A stretch of 20,685 nucleotides of DNA from Candidatus Micrarchaeota archaeon (GTDB taxonomy: Archaea; Micrarchaeota; Micrarchaeia; Anstonellales; Bilamarchaeaceae). The DNA is taken from assembly GCA_032123335.1 (NCBI GenBank), contig JAQBFN010000045.1:1-20685 (forward strand), written 5' to 3'. The notes below the pieces were generated by a model. The model saw only the letters and a program-made list of their open reading frames with translations, ran no database searches and was not told the origin of the DNA. Positions 12,657-20,685 of the stretch are shown here, piece by piece. Made by a program: the position numbers and the translations under genes. Each line of letters opens with the position of its first letter. Position 1 is the stretch's first letter.

Positions 12657-15107
12657 CTAAATATAATCAAAGCAGTCCATTGGGGGAAGCTCGATTACTC
12701 CATCGCAGTAGGCATCACAGTCATCACCATGGTCAACATATGCCCTTATCCTGATTTCTTCACCTTCATCTTCAACAATCAGGTTGCTGAAAAGGGTTAC
12801 GTATAGCCAGTGTGTATCTGGAGGCGAAGTGGAGAGGTCAGGGTTGGTGGACAATACATATTCGTCACCATCAACAATGTCCCAGTCCCCTGCGCAGGAA
12901 TACCAATCAGGGTCCTCATCATCCTGGCACCTAAGGAAGAACTCATGGTAGCTTCCCGGGGCTCCGGGCTGGGGTGACAGGTAAACATCGCATTCAAGGC
13001 CACATTCATCACCATCGCCTGGACCATCCTCATTAAGGGTAATTGTTGCGTTGCAGATCATATCATCGGGATAGCCTACAGTTGCGGTGAGGGTTGTGAT
13101 TCCTGAAAGATCATCCTCTTCTTCATAAGAAGTTACCTGGGCTGTTGCCCCAAGCTGATCAGAAGCTGTCATGTCTGCAATATCGTCCCCTACATCATCT
13201 TCTTCCCAAACCACTGTTCCTGTGCATGGTGAGCCATCGCAATAAAGGTCGAATGGAAGCACTTCTTCTGAATCCGGATTGGTTACAAGGCTCGGGATGA
13301 TTGTGCACTCATCATCAGGGCCCCCAAGTTCCCCGCAGGGTGCTTCCCATTCACAGTAATTGTTTACAAAGTTGGATTCCATCGGAGTAAACGGAATGCA
13401 TTCCGGGAACCAGTACCAAAGGAAATTCACCCATGCTTCCGCGTGAATCTCCCCCACATCGTCCACGCATATCGCGGTCCCGTCTTCAATATCAAAGGTT
13501 ATAGATTCATCTATGCCTATTGAACCCGGAAGAGTGGAGGTAAGGTGTGCTGAATAGAAAGGGCTGAATGCTTCGGTTCCATCGCTGCTGTAAGCCTGGA
13601 ATGCAAGCCCGGAGCACCAGGAGCTTTCCATCCCGGGAATAATAAATTCGTCAACCCCGATGTTGGTTACGGTTACTCTCCAGTCCTCAACTCCCTCGCC
13701 TGGTGCAAATTCACCATCAGTGCCGAGCTCTATTCCGTCCACATAAGTAATGGGTTCTATTTCGCAGATGAGGTCCGGGAGCTCATCATCAGGAATATAT
13801 ACTGTTATCTCATACCAGCCTGTCCATTCATCGTATCCGTTTCCATTGCAGTCTTCCTGATTACTGCATGTCCTCCAGTGAACCCTCAGGTCTATGGGGT
13901 GGGCCCCTGGAGTGAGAGTACTGGGCACTGTGAGCGTTCCCTCGATATTCCTTGTATATGCAGAATGTGGGGTAAACCATCCTCCGTTCTTGAGAGTAAC
14001 GAAGGGGCCAGCCGTGCTGCACTGGTTGACTCCACTATCTTCATCAAATGAAAAGGTTGTTGGGGAAACCCCAACATCATAGAACTCAAATTGTAGTGGA
14101 TAGAAATCATCGTTTGGCTTGTCCGGGATATACATCGTTATGATTACCGGGATTACTTCGCCAGGGTTAGCGAGGAAGGGACCGCTGTCTGGGCCGTCTG
14201 CGCCCATATCAACAGCGAGTATGTATGGGGGAATAACTCCCACATCATCCTCATCAACTACAGTTATTATAGCAGAATCATGGATGTTTGAGCGTGTGTA
14301 TTTGCTCATGCTCATTGAATCATATGACCATACTTTTTCATTATTTCCAGTCATATCCGGAGCGAACGTAAGGATTGTTGCACCAACAACGTCCATCCTT
14401 TGGCTAAATCCATAATCCCCTGAGCTTGTAACAAAGATTGAGAATGAATCTGAATGGGAGGGCTGGGTTCCGGAAAGCGGGTCAAAACTATGTAATAAAT
14501 TAGAGATTGTGATTCCCCCCATCCTTGCATATCTAAGGCTTGCGGTTCCGTCCATTATTGTTGCAACCTCCGCCACTTCGTTGTTGTAAGTGGTTCCGCC
14601 CACTACTTCCTCGTAAGTGACAGACCTCGGGAAATAATGGCCCTCATCAATCTCCTGGCCTGCATGGTCTGCTTCCCCATAAATCGGGTCATCCCAAAGC
14701 ACGTAAACGTTATTGTTGCATGAGGGATATGTGCTTGAGCCACAGTTGGGCCAGCTCCCTGGGTTGTCCGTGGATGAAATTGAAGGGATTACACCATCAA
14801 AATCCCCCATGGCTACCCTTGCATTAACAGTAGTGTCATAGTTGAAAGAGCCTTCACAGACAACGTCCCCATCATGGATATCATTATAAGAGCCGCTTCC
14901 TGCAAGCCACCTCTCGCTCTGGGAAGAGGGAATGGAAAGTTCAGTTTCAAGATGGTAGCGCACATCCTGGGAAACAAAATATGTTGGGTCGGATTGTGTG
15001 TAGCCACGCATTGTGCCCATGTCCACAGTCTGGCTGTAATCTATAAGCTGCGCAAAGCTTAGCGAAAACGCAAAAACAAAAAACAACAGAGTTATTTTTT
15101 TCATCAT
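12657..15107 (-). CDS. Secreted acidic Cys-rich multi-Ig-like protein with a CARDB-like domain
   Basis: Signal peptide MMKKITLLFFVFAFSLSFA. CARDB signature LPDL...VTNIG...ESNFVNN (about 13345-13781). Two C-terminal disulfide-rich Ig-like repeats. No C-terminal TM anchor. GGTGGAG SD. Confidence 0.8.
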   Translation of the reverse strand: MMKKITLLFFVFAFSLSFAQLIDYSQTVDMGTMRGYTQSDPTYFVSQDVRYHLETELSIPSSQSERWLAGSGSYNDIHDGDVVCEGSFNYDTTVNARVAMGDFDGVIPSISSTDNPGSWPNCGSSTYPSCNNNVYVLWDDPIYGEADHAGQEIDEGHYFPRSVTYEEVVGGTTYNNEVAEVATIMDGTASLRYARMGGITISNLLHSFDPLSGTQPSHSDSFSIFVTSSGDYGFSQRMDVVGATILTFAPDMTGNNEKVWSYDSMSMSKYTRSNIHDSAIITVVDEDDVGVIPPYILAVDMGADGPDSGPFLANPGEVIPVIITMYIPDKPNDDFYPLQFEFYDVGVSPTTFSFDEDSGVNQCSTAGPFVTLKNGGWFTPHSAYTRNIEGTLTVPSTLTPGAHPIDLRVHWRTCSNQEDCNGNGYDEWTGWYEITVYIPDDELPDLICEIEPITYVDGIELGTDGEFAPGEGVEDWRVTVTNIGVDEFIIPGMESSWCSGLAFQAYSSDGTEAFSPFYSAHLTSTLPGSIGIDESITFDIEDGTAICVDDVGEIHAEAWVNFLWYWFPECIPFTPMESNFVNNYCEWEAPCGELGGPDDECTIIPSLVTNPDSEEVLPFDLYCDGSPCTGTVVWEEDDVGDDIADMTASDQLGATAQVTSYEEEDDLSGITTLTATVGYPDDMICNATITLNEDGPGDGDECGLECDVYLSPQPGAPGSYHEFFLRCQDDEDPDWYSCAGDWDIVDGDEYVLSTNPDLSTSPPDTHWLYVTLFSNLIVEDEGEEIRIRAYVDHGDDCDAYCDGVIELPPMDCFDYI

Positions 15108-15115
15108 ATCTCCAC

Positions 15116-16753
15116 CTAGAACTTTATCCCTCCTACAAACAGGACTCCTTGGAAACCTCCCTGTTCATTCCTCCCAACAAAATCAGTTGCAGGAGTAACA
15201 GGTATTGGATTAAGCTGTATCTGAAGGAATCCTTCTGCTTTCTCTCCTCCAAGTCCTAACTGCCACCCAGCTCCGACCTTTGTTCTTTGCTCAAGCGGAC
15301 CTGCTGCCCCGGTTCCCTGTGGGATTTCCTGCTGCACTATCCCTGCAATTCCTGTCCATAGAACAAGGCCTTTCTCCCTGAAAATCTTCTGGAATGTTGG
15401 ACCGAGCTGTCCTTCTATTACGAGGTCTACCCATTGAGTGCCGTTTGCCTCAACGCTCATGCGGGCTGCTTTTACCCCAAATACATATCCTACTGCAGTA
15501 TCCCCTTTCTGGAAGAAAAGTGCGTTCCAAAGCACGCCTCCTTCAAGAGTAAGGGCATTACCTGTAACTTCTGGAGATGCCTTTACTTGGAGCCTGATTG
15601 TCTGTGAAGTTGCATCTGTGCCTGCAGTAATTTCACCAAAGGCTTCTACGGGAACGAACCAGCCTCCCTGTTCTCCTGGAACATATTCTGCCTCTACGCT
15701 GGCGCCTGCCTTCCATCTCCTTCCGCCTATTTCTCCATAAAGGCCTCCAGCTCCACCGGCAGCATACTTGCTTTTTTCTTCCCTGCCAAAAAGGCCAGGC
15801 TCTCCCTGCCTTACTGAACGGGTGGTTTCCTTGTATGCTTTAGCTGCTCCCTTAACTCCAAATTCTCCCTTAACTCCAGTTAGGCGCTCTTCTTTCTTCA
15901 AGATGTATTTGGCAGCCTCAACACTCAATACGAGCTTCATTTCCTTGGAAGTCCAGGTCAAGTAGTTTTCCGTGCCTGCGCGCTGCCACTCGGACATCGG
16001 GTTATCAGGGTCAGTGAACATGTATCCATAATTTCCAGAGCGCAGGTCCTGCTTTGCCTGCCCGCAGCCTCCTCCTGTCCCTGCTGAGATTACATTGCAA
16101 ACCATGCTCTCTACTGCGTCTGCATCATTTCCCCATCTGTCCTTCGCAAGGCCTTCTATGAATTTCAGATATTCCTTGCCTGCCTTGGCTTTTTCGGATT
16201 GAGGTGCGCCTGAGAAAAATGGATTTGCAAGTTTGTTAAGCGCTTCCAGAGCTGCACCCTGGAACTCTTCAGGGATATAGAATGCTTGCTCTGAGGGGAG
16301 ATTTCCAAATGCAACTGAACCTGCCCCTGCAATATCTGCAAGCGGGAAGAAACCAAACTGCTGGAACTGAAGGGGTATATCCAGTTTCTTGGCTTCTGCA
16401 TGGGGCATCTTAAGAAGCTCGTTTAGCCTTTCACGGCATTCTTCTGCAAGGATGGGATTGAGTTCCCTTTCCACCTGCGCATTCCCTACAATAATAATCT
16501 GCTGTAGGAGAGCATCGTTTTCTTTGTACTCCTTGTCGCTCATGTCAGAAGAGAGGGTGTTTATGTAATTCAGGGTGCTCTCAAGCGCACTCTCAACAGC
16601 CTCATCTGTTTTTGCTGCTGCGAGGCGGGCAGAAAGCTGCGAAGGGGTCATCTGTATTGTTGTTTTCTCAAGTGCAATCTGTTCCGCAGTTATTGAAGGC
16701 ACCGGAGGCCCTTCAAGCTCTTCCTGTTTGGGTTTTGTTTTTTGTTTTCCCAT
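15116..16753 (-). CDS. Hypothetical protein: helical N-terminal region plus a predicted C-terminal amphipathic beta-barrel ending in Phe
   Basis: 545-aa ORF with an AGGTGAT SD. The last ~250 aa are Gly/aromatic-rich alternating strands ending GVLFVGGIKF. No signal peptide visible. The CDS is solid; the fold is inferred. Confidence 0.75.
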   Translation of the reverse strand: MGKQKTKPKQEELEGPPVPSITAEQIALEKTTIQMTPSQLSARLAAAKTDEAVESALESTLNYINTLSSDMSDKEYKENDALLQQIIIVGNAQVERELNPILAEECRERLNELLKMPHAEAKKLDIPLQFQQFGFFPLADIAGAGSVAFGNLPSEQAFYIPEEFQGAALEALNKLANPFFSGAPQSEKAKAGKEYLKFIEGLAKDRWGNDADAVESMVCNVISAGTGGGCGQAKQDLRSGNYGYMFTDPDNPMSEWQRAGTENYLTWTSKEMKLVLSVEAAKYILKKEERLTGVKGEFGVKGAAKAYKETTRSVRQGEPGLFGREEKSKYAAGGAGGLYGEIGGRRWKAGASVEAEYVPGEQGGWFVPVEAFGEITAGTDATSQTIRLQVKASPEVTGNALTLEGGVLWNALFFQKGDTAVGYVFGVKAARMSVEANGTQWVDLVIEGQLGPTFQKIFREKGLVLWTGIAGIVQQEIPQGTGAAGPLEQRTKVGAGWQLGLGGEKAEGFLQIQLNPIPVTPATDFVGRNEQGGFQGVLFVGGIKF

Positions 16754-16758
16754 TCACA

Positions 16759-19700
16759 TCACCTTTTTTTCTCCTCCTTCTTCCATGACCCTGACATACG
16801 GGGCACGTTGCCACCCACATACATGATTCCGTCCTCTTTTGTGCTTCCGGTTACCCCAATCTTTTCATGGGAGCCGATTTCCATTTTGGCTTTGGGCGGA
16901 ACTGCGGTGTGGGAGCTTTCCACCACATAGTAGTGCCTGTTTGACTCCGTTACAACCCCCATCGCTTCCTTGTCCTCATCAGTCATCGCACGGAGGTCGG
17001 TGGTATTCGCGGCCCAGGAACCCTTGATATGCTTGTCAAAGTATTCCTCCATCTCCTTGTTTTTGTATTCAACCGTTCTATTGTGCCTGTCGAAGGTCCC
17101 TACCCTTATCTTGAAGATGCCTTCTTTCTTCAGCTCAGCATCGCTCATGCCTGCATACCTGCGGGCATTCTCAGGGATAAATTCAGGCGACTCCATCTTC
17201 TTTGCGCCTGCCTTCCTGAATGCATAAATCGCATCCCCGTTGTTGAAATCAACATAGGAGGAAGAGTATGCAAAGGTGCGGAAGGTCGGGTAATCCTCAA
17301 CCACAGGGAGCTCCCTTCCATTCGGGGAGAACCTTGTCCTTGGCGGGTGGATGAAGAACTTGCTTTCTTGTTCTGCCATTTCCCCTGAAAGGGTTGACAG
17401 CATCAGCACCCCGTTGGGGAGCATGGGCAACACCTGCTCCTTTGGAGCCGTAAAGGACATCCCTACCTGCTTCCAGTAGAGGTCGTTTGCAACCGCCACG
17501 TATCCGCCCGGTGCATAATACTCTGGGGAGAACAGGGTTATTGGAGGTATGGGCTCGGGCTTCGGGGGCTTCTTCCTTATGTTGAGCTCGGGCGGGTTTG
17601 TTCCCCACACGTGCCTGAAAGTGAGCCCGACCGGCCCGATTGAGTCAGACCAGTGCCTCTTTGTCCTTACCTTGAACATCTTCTCTTCCGGGTAAAGCTT
17701 AACCCGCCAGTCGGTGTACCCCTTTGCTTCTGAGGAAGGCTTGCTGGTGCGCTCCCCTACAATCCAGGTCCACTTGGGGTCAATGTTCCCATTCTCATCA
17801 ATATAAGGCACTGCAAGAACGTTCTTTCCGTCGTAGCGCACAACAATTGCCTCGAGCGTTTTATATTCATGACCTCCTGCAGTGAACTCGTTGTTCTTGC
17901 CGCGGCCCCCGAGATAATCAACAAGTGCGCCTGAGCATTCTTCAAGCACAAGTGGACTCGGGTTCTTGGAGGGGTGCTGCCCTGTTTCAAACCCAACAAG
18001 GGAAACGTACGACCTCCACATCATGTCAAAGGTTGCCTCCTTCATCTTCTGCCTCTCTGCAGGAGGGAGCATCATATACGCAAGGTTCAGGTCAAGTGCC
18101 TCCTTGGTAAGCTGGAGTGCAGCATCATAAATTGCGGTTGCCGCATAATCATTGTTGATTGCATCCGCAAACTCATCAATTGTTTTGTACTTGGAAAGCA
18201 CTGCGAGCATCTGTGCGGCGCGCTCCGGGTAGTATTCGCCTTTCATGCGCATCTTCCCGGGACCAGTGTGCATGTAGAGCATGTGCTTGGTTACTTCGGC
18301 CTGCACATCCCCTGAGAACCTTACTCCATCTGGGGTTTCAACCATGTGGGAAAGCGTAAGGTGGTCCCTTGCAATATTGTTCTGCCAGTAGAGGCGCTTC
18401 TTGGTATTCTGAAAGTTCATGGAGGCGTAGCCCTGCGCTCCTGAAGCAAGCACTGTGTAAGCGCGCTGCTCATCGGTCATGCGGTTATAATCCTGGGAAT
18501 GCGTTTCGTAAACATCGCTGGGATTCTGGAGGCCGTGGGAAACAATATACTCCTCTTTCTTGCCTCCCTCTTTTGCCTTGCTCTCGAGCCTGTCCTTGAG
18601 CCACGCTTCGCTGCTTGCATACCAGGTCCTTAGGCCGAGCCTGTATGCATCAGAGCCGTAGTATTCCCTTGCCCTTCCTTTCTCGAGCTTGCCTCCACCC
18701 TTGATTCCAAGCTCCGCAACTGATTCCCCTTCTTCTACAGGGGCTGCGGGCAGCGAAACAGAAGCGAGAGTGATTTCCCATACTTCACCTTCGGAAAGCA
18801 TCCTGTCCATGTCCGACAATGCTTCAACTTCAAGCTTGAGAAGCGGGCTGTAGACCACCTTATCTGCAGGATAGCCTATCCTGGCCAGGTAGCTCTCAAG
18901 CGCTTCCTTGCCTTTCTTGCCTGCCTTGAATGTTACATCCCCTTCCTTGCTTTTTCCATTAAGGAAATCCTGGAGGGTTGCCCTGTCTGCTGCATTTGTA
19001 AGGACAGTTTTCCCATCGTATGCAGATGGAACCACGAGCGGTGTGGTGGACCTCTGGGAGAATGCGTTTTCAGAAAGCTCGCCTACTGTGAGATATGCTC
19101 CTGAAACTCTTCCCCAATAATTCCGCATTACCTGCAAGGAAACTGCGCGGATGTCGTTCCTGCCGAGCATTTCTGCGCGAAGCATTGTTGCTGCATTTCT
19201 TGCAACTCCAACGTTTTCGAAGAACACTGTTCCCTCAACTCCTGAGTTGTTGACAAGGTATTCAAGCCCTTCTTTCTGCTTCTCAACTTCAAACTTGCTT
19301 CTCTCCGCAGCCCTGTCCAGGACCCTGCCGAACCTGTTGCTTTTTGGGCCATCTATCTCAAATTTGCCTGACCTGAGAAGTTCATCGTCTTCCCTCATCC
19401 GAGCCTTTGCGGCTTCTGCTGCAGCGGGCTTTACTTCCTTGATTACTTTTAGGGCAACAGGCCTGTCCCAATAGCCCTCAGAGACTTCCAGGGTGCGGAC
19501 TCCTGCCCTTGCCCTTCCGCCTATCCACTCAGTATTCTCAAGATTTGTCCATCCCTTTTCGCGCAGGTATTGAACTAGAAGGTCGGCTCCGGCTGCGTCA
19601 ACCTGGGTGGTCTTTTTCCCGAATTTGGTAACTTCAACATACCCAATGCTTCCCTCCAGAAGCGAGCGTTCAATCACTTCCTTCTGTCCGGGGTGGAGGT

Positions 19701-20685
19701 AAATCTTTCTGCCTTTGTAATTTATGAACACGTTTCCGTCTGCCCCTACAGGGGGAAGTATATCTTTGGTGTCCGGCTTTACGAAGAGCTCTGGTGTGCT
19801 GGTATCCACAAGAAGGTAATTCCCCTTCAGGGATTTTCTCAGCGCCTTTGTTTTCTTGAACAATGGCTGCTGGAGGCCCTTTGCTGCATAAAGGACAAAG
19901 AGCCCCTCACGCACTGCAGGGAAATCTGTGCCCTTTTCTAGGACAACCCTGGGCCTTGGCCTGGGGTTTTTAGTTCCATTAATCGCAGATTCCACTGCTG
20001 CATCAACATAATCAAGCACTTTTGCAAGCTCCGCGCCGTTTACGGTTTTCAGCATTTTTTCAATTGCGGCGCCGTTTGCATCAAGGTATCTTTCTGCAAT
20101 TGCACCGCCACCTGCCCATGCATATAAGTTATCCATGGTTGGCTTGCCTGCATTCAATGCAGAATCTGATGCCTTCTGAACCCTGGCCAGGAGCGCATCA
20201 AACGCTTCTGCTTCGTTAGGGACCTTCTTTTTAAACGCTTTTTCCATGGAAGTGAGGGCTTTGTAGGACACGGCGGTATTATCCGCAATCTGCTGTGCAA
20301 AGCGCAGCCTTGAAGCAAGGTTTTCTGCTGATTCATAAGAATTCTTCAGGGCGACATAGACGTCCCTGTTCTTGTCGTAATCTATCCCGGTTTTCCTTTT
20401 GTATTGCTTGCTTATCCAATCCATCCCTTCTTCGCTGGGCTTCAGCTTTTCAGTGGAAACAGCAACTTTCTTGAGCTCATCATCCCTAATTCCTCCCTCT
20501 TCCTTCTTTGCCTTTACAGGGGGTGGTGCAAGCCTTCTGTCCGCATATCTTTTCCAGAACACAACGTTTGCTGCCATGAGCCGGACTTCAGCATAGTTCT
20601 TGGTGTAATCAGAAATCTTCTTCCCTTCAAGCATCTTCTGCAGTTTTTCATAATCTGCAATGAACTGCTCGAGGTAGTCTCTTCC
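16759..20685 (-). CDS. Giant hypothetical protein (>1308 aa), 5'-truncated by the window edge
   Basis: The frame stays open upstream of the track's ATG 20634 (GRDYLEQFIADYEKLQK) to position 20685. Lys/Ala/Glu-rich with Pro-rich linkers; no recognisable family motif or TM helix. Confidence 0.85.
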   Translation of the reverse strand, partial: GRDYLEQFIADYEKLQKMLEGKKISDYTKNYAEVRLMAANVVFWKRYADRRLAPPPVKAKKEEGGIRDDELKKVAVSTEKLKPSEEGMDWISKQYKRKTGIDYDKNRDVYVALKNSYESAENLASRLRFAQQIADNTAVSYKALTSMEKAFKKKVPNEAEAFDALLARVQKASDSALNAGKPTMDNLYAWAGGGAIAERYLDANGAAIEKMLKTVNGAELAKVLDYVDAAVESAINGTKNPRPRPRVVLEKGTDFPAVREGLFVLYAAKGLQQPLFKKTKALRKSLKGNYLLVDTSTPELFVKPDTKDILPPVGADGNVFINYKGRKIYLHPGQKEVIERSLLEGSIGYVEVTKFGKKTTQVDAAGADLLVQYLREKGWTNLENTEWIGGRARAGVRTLEVSEGYWDRPVALKVIKEVKPAAAEAAKARMREDDELLRSGKFEIDGPKSNRFGRVLDRAAERSKFEVEKQKEGLEYLVNNSGVEGTVFFENVGVARNAATMLRAEMLGRNDIRAVSLQVMRNYWGRVSGAYLTVGELSENAFSQRSTTPLVVPSAYDGKTVLTNAADRATLQDFLNGKSKEGDVTFKAGKKGKEALESYLARIGYPADKVVYSPLLKLEVEALSDMDRMLSEGEVWEITLASVSLPAAPVEEGESVAELGIKGGGKLEKGRAREYYGSDAYRLGLRTWYASSEAWLKDRLESKAKEGGKKEEYIVSHGLQNPSDVYETHSQDYNRMTDEQRAYTVLASGAQGYASMNFQNTKKRLYWQNNIARDHLTLSHMVETPDGVRFSGDVQAEVTKHMLYMHTGPGKMRMKGEYYPERAAQMLAVLSKYKTIDEFADAINNDYAATAIYDAALQLTKEALDLNLAYMMLPPAERQKMKEATFDMMWRSYVSLVGFETGQHPSKNPSPLVLEECSGALVDYLGGRGKNNEFTAGGHEYKTLEAIVVRYDGKNVLAVPYIDENGNIDPKWTWIVGERTSKPSSEAKGYTDWRVKLYPEEKMFKVRTKRHWSDSIGPVGLTFRHVWGTNPPELNIRKKPPKPEPIPPITLFSPEYYAPGGYVAVANDLYWKQVGMSFTAPKEQVLPMLPNGVLMLSTLSGEMAEQESKFFIHPPRTRFSPNGRELPVVEDYPTFRTFAYSSSYVDFNNGDAIYAFRKAGAKKMESPEFIPENARRYAGMSDAELKKEGIFKIRVGTFDRHNRTVEYKNKEMEEYFDKHIKGSWAANTTDLRAMTDEDKEAMGVVTESNRHYYVVESSHTAVPPKAKMEIGSHEKIGVTGSTKEDGIMYVGGNVPRMSGSWKKEEKKR

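Overview
Archaeal genomic DNA. Evidence: aRF1, Dph5, Rpp21, archaeal-type GGPP synthase, TATA boxes and GGTGA-type ribosome-binding sites. The compact layout and large uncharacterised surface-protein genes suggest a DPANN/Micrarchaeota-like lineage, but that is inference. Left to right: glmS (runs off the left edge and has a 1-nt frameshift at its domain junction), divergent from an ArsR-like HTH regulator with twin perfect palindromes between them; two beta-carbonic anhydrase genes, the first an unusual two-domain split-active-site form, followed by aRF1; two membrane-anchored surface proteins sharing a 4-Cys domain; idsA; rnp4; a DUF63 membrane protein; dph5; a degenerate transglutaminase-like protein; a beta-CASP ribonuclease. 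The window ends with a tightly coupled minus-strand operon: a >1300-aa protein (cut by the right edge), a protein ending in an apparent 12-stranded outer-membrane-like beta-barrel with a terminal Phe, and a secreted Cys-rich CARDB/Ig-like protein. That operon is the best candidate for an undescribed system. No tRNA, rRNA, CRISPR array or mobile element was recognised.
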